A stretch of 64,000 nucleotides of DNA from Pseudovirgaria hyperparasitica (taxonomy: Eukaryota), in assembly GCA_010093815.1 (NCBI GenBank), contig ML996586.1, one strand, 5' to 3'. Made by a program: the position numbers and the translations under genes. Below are positions 12,146 to 25,017 of this stretch, piece by piece; the stretch's first letter is position 1, and every line of letters begins with the position of its first letter. Under the pieces are notes generated by a model. It did not search any database. It was not told where the DNA came from and saw only the letters and a program-made list of their open reading frames with translations.

Positions 12146-13808
12146 ATGGAAAAGGCCACGGAAAAGCCTCCAGCATTCTTGCCCGGAGTACCTGCATATC
12201 AAGCCGATGAGGCAAATGCTGGTGATCCCGTCATCAATGCATCTGGTCACGTCCAAGAGGTTGATCGCAACTTCACTTTGATCAGTGCATGCTCTATCGG
12301 TTTGACTTGTGGCAATACATGGCCTGCGTTGGGCGGCTCGATCGTTGTCTCGCTCTACAATGGAGGCCCGCCTGGTGTCATCTACGAGCTTTTGGCTGTA
12401 TCCGCCTTTTATTGGATCATCGCTACCTGCATCGCTGAATTGGCGTCGTCAATCCCATCATCGGCAGGCGTATATCACTGGGCGACGGTGACAGCAGGTC
12501 CGACATATGGGAAAGTTGTTGGCTGGTATGCTGGCTGGTAAGTTCTCTGTTGGTATATATGTACTTGATCGAGCGCACTGATGACCAGCCATGCCCAGGC
12601 TGAACTGCTTCGCTTGGATATTCGGCTCTACTTCCTTGAGCAATGTGGCAGCAACGCTTGCTGTGTCCATGTACAGTGTGTTTAATCCGGGTTACGTCCT
12701 AGTCCGAGGGCATGTCTTCATTGCCTATCTCATCATCACCTGGGTATCCTGTCTGTGTGTGATGTATGCCAACAGGGCGCTCCCACGGGTCAATCAATTC
12801 GGTCTCTTTCTCATTCTGGCCGGTGTCTTCATCACGATTCTCGTGTGTGCCATCATGCCATCGACCAGTGGCACTGGCCATGCTTCTGACGCATTTGTAT
12901 GGAAAGACTGGCGAAACTTGACTGGGTATAGCAGCAGTGGCTTCGCGTTTCTACTGGGTATGTTGAATGGCGCATATGCAGTCGGCACACCCGATTGTAT
13001 AACGCATCTGGCGGAGGAAATTCCGAACCCGCGAGTCAATATTCCGAAGGCACTTGCCGCTCAAATGGTCATAGGACTTTTGACCGCATTCTGCTATCTT
13101 GCGGCTTTGTTCTACTCGATCAACGATCTGGACGCTGTTTTCGTCAATCCTTATACGTCGCCCATCGCCGAGATATATCGTCAAGCCACAGGGACGAGAG
13201 GTGGGGCATTTGGTCTGCTCTTGATCATCTTCCTGCCACTTCTCCCTGGATGTGTCGGGACCTATATTACCGCTGGACGAATGTTATGGACTCTCGCGAG
13301 AGATGATGCAACGCCATTTAGTAAATACCTAGGTCGCATACATCCGCGCAAACACAACCCATTCAACGCAACTCTGATGTGCGGTATCATCAACACAGTA
13401 CTGGGACTGATATACATTGGTTCACTGACAGCATTCAGCGCCTTTGTCGGATCATTCGTGATTCTCACCACGCTGTCCTATCTCATGGCGATCCTGCCAA
13501 ACCTGGTCACGAGGCGTGCATATCTGGTTCCAGGTCCATTTCGACTACCACCTATTGTCGCATATTCATTCTACAGCATCAGCAGCGCGTACATCATTGT
13601 GTTTGTTGTTATTTTCTGCTTCCCATATAGTATGCCGTTCTCGGCGCAGACGATGAACTATTCCTGCGTCATAACCGGCGGACTAAGCATCTTCGTCTCG
13701 ATGTGGTACATTTACAAGCGAAAGAATGGGTACGTGGGAGCGCATGTGCTCACGCCGAGAGACATGGCGGTTGCCGATGCGGAGCGCATCTCAGGCGATA
13801 AGATTTAA
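12146..13808 (+). CDS. Amino acid/choline permease (APC superfamily, Hnm1/Uga4-like); 2 exons
   Basis: NGGPPG, AELASSIPSSAGVYHWA, HLAEEIPNP..NIPKA and R..W..ARD motifs; many TM helices; intron about 12538-12598. Confidence 0.92.
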
Positions 13809-15775
13809 GCTTCCCTGTTACGACAGCAAAATGTCGAGCCAATTGACTACGCAGCGCTGTCGTTTCCACTGGCCATCACGTGAATAGAAAATGCCAACTT
13901 GTCAATATGCGATACATCTTAACAGACGTTGCGTTGTCAGAAGCCAATTCTCCCAGAGTTGTGCTTCGTCTCGCTTTGTTTCCGTATTGTTACAATGTCC
14001 CGTGGTACGTTGACCGTGAGCGTCAGACATATGCGCTGGCTTCGGGCTATGAAAAGTAACGAGCTACCGCTATATTGCGATAGGTCCAGAGAAAAGTTAG
14101 AAGAAGACATTGCATTCTTATGCATCTACATCAAGCCTCGATCTGTTTCTAGCAGGATGAACATTTTAGTCCTGGAAAAAAAGAAGAGCTAAGCCAATGA
14201 ATAAAAACCACAGTACTTATTACCAAAGCAAGCCTATCAGAGTTCAAGTTAAATTAAACCAAGAGTATAATTAGAAGAACAATAGAGCGGCCTCTGTATA
14301 AGCTGACGTTTTTCTCCGAGACCCTAGAGTACTTGGGACTTTGCAATAGCAGGGTACACGAGATTTACCCGTTTCCACGTCTTGGACATGGGTCTATTCC
14401 ACAGTTCGATATATCGTCAACGCGATGCTATTTTAGCTCTCGCGTACGCCGAAGAATTGTGGTGTTTAACATCCCAGACGCGCAAATTACTCTTGTCAGT
14501 GACGTTCTCCATGATCCATCAGGATTCAGCCGGGGGGAAATATCCCAGGTCTCGCCAAGTGCCAAGTCGTTACATCTTGGCGGAGTGCGGTGCATGGATA
14601 GGCATAATGGAACGCAAGGGCATCTATCAAGCCCGACCAAGACCGCTACACCCCTTGGCAAGCATATGGGCATCTGTGTCGTCGGCATGATGCAGAATTC
14701 AGGAATATGGGACCCGACTTCGCCCCTCGCAGACGGAAAGACGGGCATTAGGGACAAAAGAGTAACGCCACGTTTTGTCACCTGCGGATCCCCCAGGTTT
14801 TTTTGCGGATGGCTTCTCAAGCCGTTTCCGAGAATGCGGAGAGGCCTGCGATCAGTTCTATCGCGAGTCAGCACCATACATGGGCGGCAACTCGACGGTT
14901 GTGAAGCACGTTGGGGATGTTCTTCCTGTCAGACCGTGATGGTTCTTGTCCATGCTTTCGGCGAATAATCACGGCGGGCTTCCTGCTTCCTGCTTCCTGC
15001 TTCCTGCGTACATGCAGCATAGGCCCGTTTAATCAGCCATCTTGCATGCACGTATGTGCTTCTCCGATGCTTATCTTGTTTGGTAGCAGAGGAGGATTGA
15101 TTGCAAGGACCCGCGCTGGGTCCGACAGAAGAATCCTGCCAAAGCTGTTCCTTCTACGCTGCTGGGTGGCTGCAGTCATATGATACACGCTCGCCGTCGT
15201 TTGGAATATACGTCGACCCCATCCCTTGAGGGGCAAACCATGGTGTGAATAGTCCCGTATTTTCACCATTCGCACCGACACCCTTGCTTGGCATAGCAGC
15301 TGATTGGCATCTTTGGGGCTTCTGCAACTTCTAGCGTGCTTGGATTCGACAGGTGAGTGGGTTGCGCCACGTTTGAGGCCGGTCTGGCCGTGAGTGCCAA
15401 TGTTGACAAGCTGTTTGCCATACGAATTGCCGGCCGCGGCGACTCTGTTTGCGATGGCATACACGATTGACACCTGTCCGCGTCTTCCGCATGGGGAACA
15501 TTGGCCCGTACTACCCCAGGTCTTGCATTCCTTCGCTTCTGCAAAGCATGGACAGCCAAGCACTTGATGCACTGGGGTGTTCATCAGCCGTCCTCGGCAT
15601 TTCGTGTTCACTGCTGTATATACCTTGCATACCCCCAGCATTCAACCCAGTCCGCTGTAGCTTTGAGAAGAGGTTGCCTTCTACCTGATAAGTACTCTCC
15701 TAGCAGCATTACTTGCTTGCACCGCAGCTCCAAGCCTTTTCTGGTCGTACGCTTGTTTGAACAACGTTACCCAGA

Positions 15776-17385
15776 ATGGCAGAAATTGAGAAGCAGCACG
15801 GCGCCTTCTACGAAGAAGCCGCCAACAGCGCTGGTTCTGACTCTGATGTCGACACGGAATTCTCGCCGCAAGAGCAGAGGTCCATTGTGCGAAGAGTCGA
15901 TCGACGTCTGGTCTCGACCGTTGGCTTGATGTACTGCATCTCGCTCATGGACCGTACGAACCTGTCTGCGGCGAATATCGCGGGGTATGCTTCGTTGATT
16001 GTGATACGAAGCTCCTTGCTGACAATCAATCAGCATGAAAGTTGATCTGGCCATGGTCGGAAATAATCGATACGTACGTCAATAATGTCCTTTATTCTGA
16101 TCAGTATCCTGACCGCATTGTAGTCACTCGTCACCCTACTCTTTTTCATCACCTACATCGTCTTCCAGCCGCCATCCACTGTCATCGTCCGCAAAATCGG
16201 CCCTCGAGTTCATCTCTCCACTATCACCCTCCTCTGGGGCGCCGTCATGATCGGTATGGGCTTTGTGCGTGAGTGGCAGCAACTGGCCGCTCTCCGCCTC
16301 GTCCTCGGTATTTTCGAGGCCGGCTTCTTTCCCAGCTGCGTTTATCTCCTGAGCACGTGGTACACCCGCTGTAAATATCCCCAGTCCATTTCATTACGCC
16401 ATATCTAACCCTTTCAGACGAGGTCGGCAAGCGTTACTCCTTTTTCTACATCATCGGCTGTGTCGCCTCCGCCTGCTCTGGCATCCTAGCTTATGGTCTC
16501 ATGCAAATGAAAGGTCTGGCCTCGCTCAATGGCTGGCGCTGGATCTTCATTATCGAAGGCACCGTGACCTGCATCATCGCCATCGGTGGCTATTGGGCGC
16601 TGGTGGGCTTCCCGGACGACGTCAATTACAAGTCATTCCACTTTCTGGCACCTCAAGAAATCGCCTTTATCGTACGTAAAGTTAACCGCGACCGCGGCGA
16701 CACCAAGCTTGAGCCTTTCAATCTGAGAAAGTTTCTCGGCGCTGGCTCCGATTGGAAGATCTGGTGCTATGCCCTGATTTTCTTCAACACAACCACTGTA
16801 ACATACGCACTCGCATACTTCCTGCCCATCATCCTCCATGTCAACATGAAATTCAGCATCGGCGCCTCGCAGTGCCTCGTCGCACCGCCATACGTCTTTG
16901 GCGCATTTGTCATGTACGGCACCGGCTATGTCGGCGACAGATTCAAGATCCGCGGACCGCTCATCCTCTTCAACATGCTACTCTGCCTCATCGGCCTTCC
17001 AATCATGGGCTTCCACTCCTCGCCCGCCGTGCGCTACTTTGGCGTCTTCCTCGTCACCGCAGGCGCAAACGCAAACGTCCCGTCCGTCATGTCATACCAG
17101 GCGAACAACATCCGCGGCCAATGGAAGCGTGCATTCTGCTCCGCAACCTTGGTCGGGTTTGGTGGTGTCGGGGGTATTGCCGGTAGCTTGGTGTTTCGCG
17201 ATCAAGATAGCCCTACATACCACCCTGGTGCGTACGCGTGTATTGCCTGTTGCTTGTTGACCGTTGTGCTGGTGTGTATTCTCAGCGTGGCGTTCTACGT
17301 CGAGAACGGAAAGCAGGCACGAGGCGAGAAGAGGCTGGAGAGCCAGGACGATGATGTCCATGGCGACTTCAGGTACACGTACTAG
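15776..17385 (+). CDS. MFS transporter, anion:cation symporter (Dal5/Tna1-like) family; multi-exon
   Basis: DRRL..DRTNL, GIFEAGFFP..LSTWYTR, GWRWIFIIEG and NNIRGQWKRA motifs; three short introns between 15985 and 16420. Confidence 0.92.
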
Positions 17386-18585
17386 CCTGGCGCTGTATAT
17401 GATGGGACGAGAGGGATGTATCTAGCTGGGTGGAACAGGGATGTACATGATTGATGAAGGAATATGAATATACCCGACAGAACGCATTCTACACATTGTG
17501 ATGTCGATTCAGTGCCACCGTTTGCTATACGATCAACCCTTCACAGTCGTGTCTGCTCGCATTATAGTCAAAGACTGCTAATTTCAATACCACTCGCAGA
17601 GGAGCCACATCTCATAGTGATCGTTGCGGTAGGCGCTGTATATATCCCTGTAACATTGGTGTTTCTGCATCCTAGCCTCGCCTCACAGATCCGAAGTAAG
17701 CTTCTTTCTCAAACTATGCTGGTATCCGTACGATAGTCAAGTATTATATTATATAGAACCGTCATTATCGTGCATAAGAGGTTGTGACTGTATAGGTAGG
17801 TGGGATGCGTAGAGTAATGATTTCTAGGCTTTAGATATTAAACTGATATATCTAAAGTACAAGATCGTGGAACGTGAACATCGGGTTTACTGTTATTCAA
17901 TATTGCTCTTAAGCATGTCTAAAAGTGTTATTATGGCTAAGAACACTGATTATATGAGAAATTAGAGCTATACTGTACCTTTAGTTTTGATTCCTTTCAA
18001 ATTAGCTAGAATTGATGAAAGGTAACCTTTTTAGTGTCACCACTTTTTTGAGTGACAGCGGTAGCACGGCCTATTTCTTCTAATTATGTTTATCTACAGC
18101 CTTTGATGTGGGTGCGCGTGGAGCTGTATGCGTATGCTCCTGCTTCCTTGAAGACTGTATTTGAGGGAAATCTCTTTTCATTGTCCTACTGCACATGTCC
18201 AGGACATCCCCTGCATATTGCATACATTACACTAACCCCTTTTGATCACTTTGTACACTCGACACTAGCCAATGTTCAGACTTCACGTAGCTTGAAAAGA
18301 TTTCGGATAGTCGTTTCTTGGTCGATCTCACCGTGAAGGACTCGACTTCGATGGCCAGCTTCGTCAACAGCAACTAATTGAGTCGGTCAAGCTGTGGACT
18401 AATCTGATACCGGAGACATGGTGTCACGCGCCACAGATAGATATATACAGGGCTCCCCTCACTCTTGTAATCAGGCCAGACCAATCTCCCGCGTCCTATA
18501 AAAGTAAGCGTTGAGTATGCGCTCCGGTTCAAAGGCCCTAGATTCCTGACACACCGGTGTCGAAACCTACCGACCCAGGACCAAA

Positions 18586-20201
18586 ATGGCCAAGAGTGGC
18601 AGCCCAGCCGCAACAACGACTGCTATTGAGCAGTTCGAAGACGCACCCGAGAAGAATATGCTAGACCAGAAAGGTGACTATGCTGGCGCTCTCGCCAAAA
18701 CCAATCCCATTGAGATCAAGCTCGTGCGAAAGCTGGACTATATGATAATGGCGAGCGACACATTGACTAAATCACGTCAGAACACTAGGTTAATAATGTC
18801 TTAGCCCTGCCTATGTATCATGTACTTTCTGAACTACATCGATCGCAATGCGATCGCCCAAGCTCGTCTCAACGGCCTCGAAGACGACTTAGGAATGTCC
18901 GGGTCTCAGTTCAACACAACAGTCTCTATCCTCTTCGTCGGCTATGTTCTCACTCAAGTCCCTAGTAATATGCTCATCACTCGCATCCGTCCCAGCATCT
19001 ACATGAGCGCCTGGATGCTGATCTGGGCCGTCGTCAGCGGTTGCACTTCTCTCGTGCAATCCTACGGTAGTCTCGTCGCGTGCAGATTCCTGCTCGGCAT
19101 CACGGAGGCACCATTCTACCCTGGTGCGACATATGTATTGAGCATCTTCTACACGCGCAAGGAGGTCGCGTCGAGAGTTGCATGTCTTTATTGTGCGCAG
19201 ATACTCGCCACGGGCTTCTCTGGTCTCATCGCTGCCGGAGTGTTTGCTGGACTAGATGGAAGAAGGGGCATTGCCGGGTGGCGATGGCTGTTTATTGTTG
19301 AGGGCGCAATCACGGCTTTCGTTGCGCTGTTCGGGTTCTTCATTCTCCCGGATACGCCGCTCACGACGAAGTGGCTGAAGCCAGCGGAACGTGAGCTTGC
19401 ACATGCGCGGATGGAGAGGGACAGAGTTGGTGATGAGGGCGAGTCGTCGACGCTGAAAGGGTTGAAACAGGCGTGCAAGGATCCAAAGACTTGGCTGTTT
19501 TGTTTGATGCAGAACTTGCATCTTGCGGCGTGCTCATTCAATTCTTTCTTCCCCACGTATGTATGCTCTCATTGCGGGTGCCTTCTCCGCTGACATCGAC
19601 TCTGCTGACGTTGGTAGTGTTGTGAAAACATTGGGGTTCAATACGACCGTCACGCTGGTACTCAGTTGCCCCCCTTTTCTTTTCGCTGGAGCGACTGGAA
19701 TCTTCTTCGGCTGGTCGTCTGGACGGTTTCACGAAAGAACATGGCATATCACTGCAGGTCTATCCATGGCGATTGTTGGATTTGTATGGGCTGCGGCAAC
19801 CTTGAATACCGCTGCAAGATACGTTGCATGCTTCGTGTTTGCTATGGGAGCATATTCAGTCAATTCTGTAATCGTCGGCTGGGCATCCTCGACACTGGGC
19901 CAAACAAAGGAAAAGAAAGCTGTGAGCACAAAACCCCCCCCCCCCCCGGAGATGCAACTCTAACGAGGCACAGGTTATTTTAGCCATGACAAATGTTGGT
20001 GGACAGATCGGGTATATTTACGGCGCTTACATGTGGCCCAAGACAGACGAGCCTAGGTATGCGTCTGGATTTGGGGCTTCGGCAGGACTTGCACTAGGAT
20101 CAATTGCTTGCGCATGGTGGATTCGTACTATGTTGATCAGAGAGAACCGTCGCTTAATGGAGATTGCGACACATGAGCATGTCAACAGTTATGGGTACTA
20201 G
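18586..20201 (+). CDS. MFS transporter, anion:cation symporter (Dal5/Tna1-like) family; 4 exons
   Basis: KLD..YIDRNAIAQARL, EAPFYPG..SIFYTRKE and GWRWLFIVEG motifs; first intron 18751-18804 has a GC donor. Confidence 0.92.
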
Positions 20202-21199
20202 GAGTAGCATACGAGGAAAGCAGTTAGGATTGAGAAAGAAATAAAAACAGCCCTAAGTCCTTTCATATAGACCTAGTCTCCGCGAGAATACTAACAAAGA
20301 CTTCAAACTATAGTATCAGTACGTACTATATGCCAATATGATAGAAATGGCAGTATACTGACCGGGCTACAACGAGCATCTTACCCCTACACCGTCTAAG
20401 ACATCGATTGCAACATTCTGGCAAGTAGGGGTCTTTGAATGTAGTTCAACTTTGGGTAGAGTGTCGAAAATTCAACAGACATCTCCAGTAACGATATTAG
20501 ATCTATATCGCCCGAGGAAGGAAACGAGCATACGGCTTAGACATGATGTGAGCCCAAGGGTGATGACCATCGGAAGTATTAAGATCCCAGCTTCAACAGG
20601 ACTCGAGCCACGGACATTTTGTAGATTCAGAGGCAGAACGAATAGCTCTTTCCAATAAGTTCATCCGATTGGAATGTTAGCAAGGACGAGGATATTAATG
20701 AAAGCGTTACACGAGAACGGTCGAGCCGGCAACAAAGGAAGCCTTACGAATCGCCATCCAATCGCTAAGAATATAGAACCTAAGGAGGCCGGCAAGGAGC
20801 ATACTGATAGTTACTGGTGAGGACCAAGACATCGTAGATCCGCCCTGAGAGATAGGTACCTGCACTGTGCTAACTTTCACGCATGTCCGGTTATTTTTGA
20901 TAGTATCTTCAATGCTACTACCACGTAATTCCCAGGAGAGTGCGGGCTATTGTTTAAGAGTGAGATAACGGTCTGATCAAGCAAAATACTACGGCATTTA
21001 TCCAGAAAACAAAGTAGATACCTTAGGTTGACGATTAAGTAAGCTGTAATCTCTTATTATACTAAGTAGCAGGATCGAGATATATGAGATAACGCCTTCG
21101 AGATAACGGTAATACAGGAGATAACGATACGAGTTATATACTAGGTGTAACAGAGAGACGTACGTAACGGTGCATGGCTAAGGGGTTGGGCCCTTTGAC

Positions 21200-21751
21200 C
21201 GCGGACTATGGATGAATGTGAGTCAGAATCAGAGTGCCACATGTTCAAACCTTAAACGTAAACCTCCAAACGCAAAATTTAAATTTCAGAACCAATATTC
21301 TACCCCACACCTCACTTATTAAGGTATTCTCAAGCGTCTAGTATATTTTAATATACTATCTAAGGATTTCTAGTATTCTTTTACTCCTCTTTCATCGATC
21401 TCTTATTCCCATCTCTCTCTTCTTCTAAAACAATACTTGATAGACGGTTTTTTTTAACTGAATTTGGCCTTGCAGGCCTTGAAACCACATCTATTACACG
21501 TCTTTTGGGCTGTTTTTGTTGATTATAACCTCGCAGGCTTTGGAATAAATTGTTATATATGTTTTGAACTGATATTGACCTTATAGGCTACGAATATATA
21601 TGCTTTATACCTATTCTATATTAAGTACTTAAGAAACCTTTAGATAGAGAGATAAGAGAGGGATACGGTGGAATTTTGATTTTTAGATCCTGCGTTTGAC
21701 AATTTACATTTTAGTTTTGAACATATGACACTCTGACTCACATAGTCCGCG
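21200..21751. mobile_element. MITE-like non-autonomous DNA transposon relic with ~85-bp imperfect terminal inverted repeats
   Basis: Left end CGCGGACTAT..GTGAGTCAG..AGTGCCACATGTTCAAACCTTAAACGTAAA..CAAACGCA aligns with the reverse complement of the right end, CGCGGACTATGTGAGTCAGAGTGTCATATGTTCAAAACTAAAATGTAAA..CAAACGCA. AT-rich non-coding interior. No clean TSD seen. Confidence 0.75.
21734..21740 (+). promoter_or_regulatory. Perfect Gcn4/CpcA-type site TGACTCA (second copy TGAGTCA at 21219-21225)
   Basis: Exact consensus about 85 bp upstream of the ValRS ATG, inside the right inverted repeat. Function is inferred only. Confidence 0.45.
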
Positions 21752-21823
21752 CTACCTTTAAGATCACCCGCCGCCTGGATTGTTACCTTGCCCCGCAGAA
21801 TCTCTACCTCTCTGTCTATAAGG

Positions 21824-24800
21824 ATGACTTCAACGCTGCCGCCTGCCGCAAAACCCATGAGCGAAAAGCAGCGCTTGAAGCTCGAAAAGTTTACCAGAAA
21901 ACAAGCCCACCAGAAAGAGCTGCAACAAACTAGTGATGCTATCAAAGAGAAGAGAGCTAAAAAGAAAGAGATTTCTCATGTTGAGCCGAAAGACTGGATT
22001 GAGGAGACGCCCATAGGGCAGAAAAAGATCCTGAAACCCCTGGATGATGACTTTCATAAAGCCTATCTACCTAGGGTTGTGGAATCTGCGTGGTATGGCT
22101 TTTGGGAGGCTCAGGGTTTATTCAAACCACAACTAGAGGAGGACGGTAGTCTCAGGCCAAAAGGGAAATATGTTATCGCCATACCACCGCCAAATGTAAT
22201 AACCTATACATGTTTGGTCTCTTGCGTCGGCCCTTTACTAAAGTTTTCCAGGTTACTGGCAGACTACACATAGGTCACGCCCTGGCACTGTCCCTGGAAG
22301 ACACTCTCACGAGATGGCATCGCATGCGACAGTTTACAACCCTTTACATTCCTGGCACGGATCATGCAGGTATTGCCACTCAAGCCGTTGTTGAAAAACA
22401 GCTCGCCAAAAATCCAATCGGCGGGAAATCCAAAAGGCAAGATTTTAGTCGGGCTGAATTCGTGCAGATATGCCAGGATTGGAAAGAGGATTACCACAAG
22501 GCAATAAACAGTACCATACGCAGACTAGGTGTCTCTGTAGACTGGTCACGAGAAGCCTTCACAATGAGCCCACAATTGTCCAATGCGGTTACAGAAACTT
22601 TCTTGAGGTTCCATTCCGAAGGTCTTATCTACCGCGCTAACAGGCTTGTACACTGGTCCTGTCGCTTGTCTACTGCCTTGTCAACTCTTGAGGTCAATCA
22701 AAAGGAGATCGAAGGAACGACAAAGCTTGAAGTGCCGGGTTACGATAGAAAAATCGAGTTCGGAACACTTACGTATTTCAAATACAGAATTGATGGTTCA
22801 GATGAGACAATTGAAGTCGCCACAACCAGGCCAGAGACGATGCTGGGTGATACCGGGATCGCCGTGCATCCTTCAGATGAGCGATACCAAACGTTCATCG
22901 GCCAGGTTGCACAACATCCGATCATTCCCGGAAGAAAACTGCGGATCATTGCTGACGAATATGTTGACCGGCATTTCGGTACTGGTGCCGTGAAATTGAC
23001 ACCTGCACACGACCACAACGATTTCAATCTCGGCAAAAAACATAATCTGCCTTTTATCAGCATCTTGAACGAAGACGGGACATTAAATAGCAACGCCGGA
23101 CCCTTTGAAGGAGAGAAAAGGTTCAATGCTAGATACGGCGTCATCAACGAACTCAAACGCCAGGGATTATACACGAGACAGGAGTCCAACAAGATGGTCG
23201 TGCCTATCTGTAGTCGTTCAGGCGATATCATAGAACCTCTCTTAAAACCTCAATGGTGGATGCGCATGAAACCCCTGACAGGACCGGCGATGGAAGTAGT
23301 GGAAAGCGGAGAACTCGTTATTCGCCCAGAGCTACAAAAGCGACTATATCTGCAGTGGATGCGAGACCTTCAAGACTGGTGTCTTTCGAGGCAGCTTTGG
23401 TGGGGTCATCAAATCCCAGCCTATCATATTACTATCAAAGGTGAAGATCACCAGACTGATGCTGATGACAACTACTGGGTATGCGGGAGAACACATTCCG
23501 AGGCACAGGCCAAAGCAGAGCAAAAGTTTCCTGGAAAAGAAGTATCAGTGAAGCAGGACGAGGATGTCTTAGATACATGGTTCAGCTCCGGCCTATGGCC
23601 ATGCAGTACTCTCGGATGGCCAGCTAAGACCTCGGACCTCGAGAAGTTTTTCCCAACTACGACCCTCGAAACAGGCTGGGATATCATCCCTTTCTGGGTG
23701 AGCCGAATGATTATGTTTTCACTAAAACTGACCGGGAAAATACCCTTCACTGAAGTCTATTGCCATGGCTTAATTCGCGATAGTGAAGGTAGAAAAATGT
23801 CGAAATCCCTTGGCAACGTTATCGACCCGGTTGATATACTAGATGGCATTAGCCTTGATGGCTTGCATCAAAAGCTCTTGAGTGGCAATCTCGCCCAGAG
23901 TGAAATTAAGAATGCCGAGAAATTTCAGAGAAAGGCTTTTCCACAAGGGATACCGGAGATCGGGGCCGACGCCTTGCGTTTCTCCCTCATTAATTACACT
24001 CAGGTCTCTGGCAGCGACATAAACTTCGATGTAAAGACAATGCATGGCTATCGCAAGTTCTGCAACAAGATCTATCAAGCGACGAAATATGCTCTCGGAA
24101 AGCTTGGCGCCGAGTTCGTCCCCAGAGCCAGTTGCATATTAAGTGGGAAAGAAAGTCTCCCAGAACGATGGATCCTGACAAAGATGACACTTGCTGCCAA
24201 GCAAGCAAATCGTGCTCTTGAGGAGCGCGAATTCGCAAGATCCACTCAAATCGCCTACCGGTATTTGTACGATGAACTTTTCGACATTTATATCGAGAAC
24301 TCCAAGTCCATCATCACAGACGGCACCGCCGAAGAAGCTCGTTCCGCAATGGATACACTTTACACCGCATTAGAAACTGGCCTGCGACTCGTATCGCCCT
24401 TCATGCCCTTTTTGACTGAAGAGCTTTGGCAACGCCTACCGCGAAGGCCAAAAGACAACACATCCTCCATCACCATTGCCGAGTATCCCGAGTATGATGC
24501 GTCCATTCACGATCCAACGTCAGAATCGGCTTATGAGCTTGTGTTGGGGTGCTCTAAAGGCCTACGTTCCTTGCTGTCGGACTACGCGGTGAGAGAAAAG
24601 GGGGTTGCTTACATCTCACCTTTGAATGAAACTTCGCGTGACACGATTGCAGCTCAATTAGCTGCGATCAAATCACTGAGTGGCAAAACATCCGTTGAAA
24701 TCAGTGTGCTGAATGTTGGCGCATCGATACCTGCTCACTGTGCGGTGCATCCTGTTTCCGCAGACGCGAATGTCTTCCTTGATGTCAAGGATCACGTACA

Positions 24801-25017
24801 GAATGCCGCAAGTGAAGTCAAAAAGTTCAAAGGAAGGATAACTGAGGCGGAACAGGAGCAAAGTGACACGCATGCAGCTTTGATGGAGTTGAAGCAGGTT
24901 CATGGAAAGGATGTCACTGAGGCTATGAACCTGGCTGAGAGGAAGAAGCGAGACGTTGACGCTAGATTGCAGGCGTTGCGAGATGTTGTCGTTGTCTTCG
25001 AAAACCTGACGGCTTAG
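21824..25017 (+). CDS. VAS1: Valyl-tRNA synthetase (class Ia), possibly a divergent second copy; 2 exons
   Basis: PPPN|VTGRLHIGH, DHAGIATQ, TTRPETMLGD, GTGAVKLTPAHD, DWCLSRQLWWGH, DVLDTWFSS, KMSKS and GADALRF motifs; intron 22196-22251. Confidence 0.95.

Noticed and set aside
14333..15641. ORFs of 211 aa (+) and 202 aa (-) upstream of the first MFS gene
   Set aside because: No recognisable motifs or splice structure; probably chance ORFs in promoter DNA.
20585..20650. tRNA-like fragment on the minus strand (GGCTCGAGTCC, CTCTGAA)
   Set aside because: The T-loop is imperfect and I could not fold D-arm or acceptor stems.
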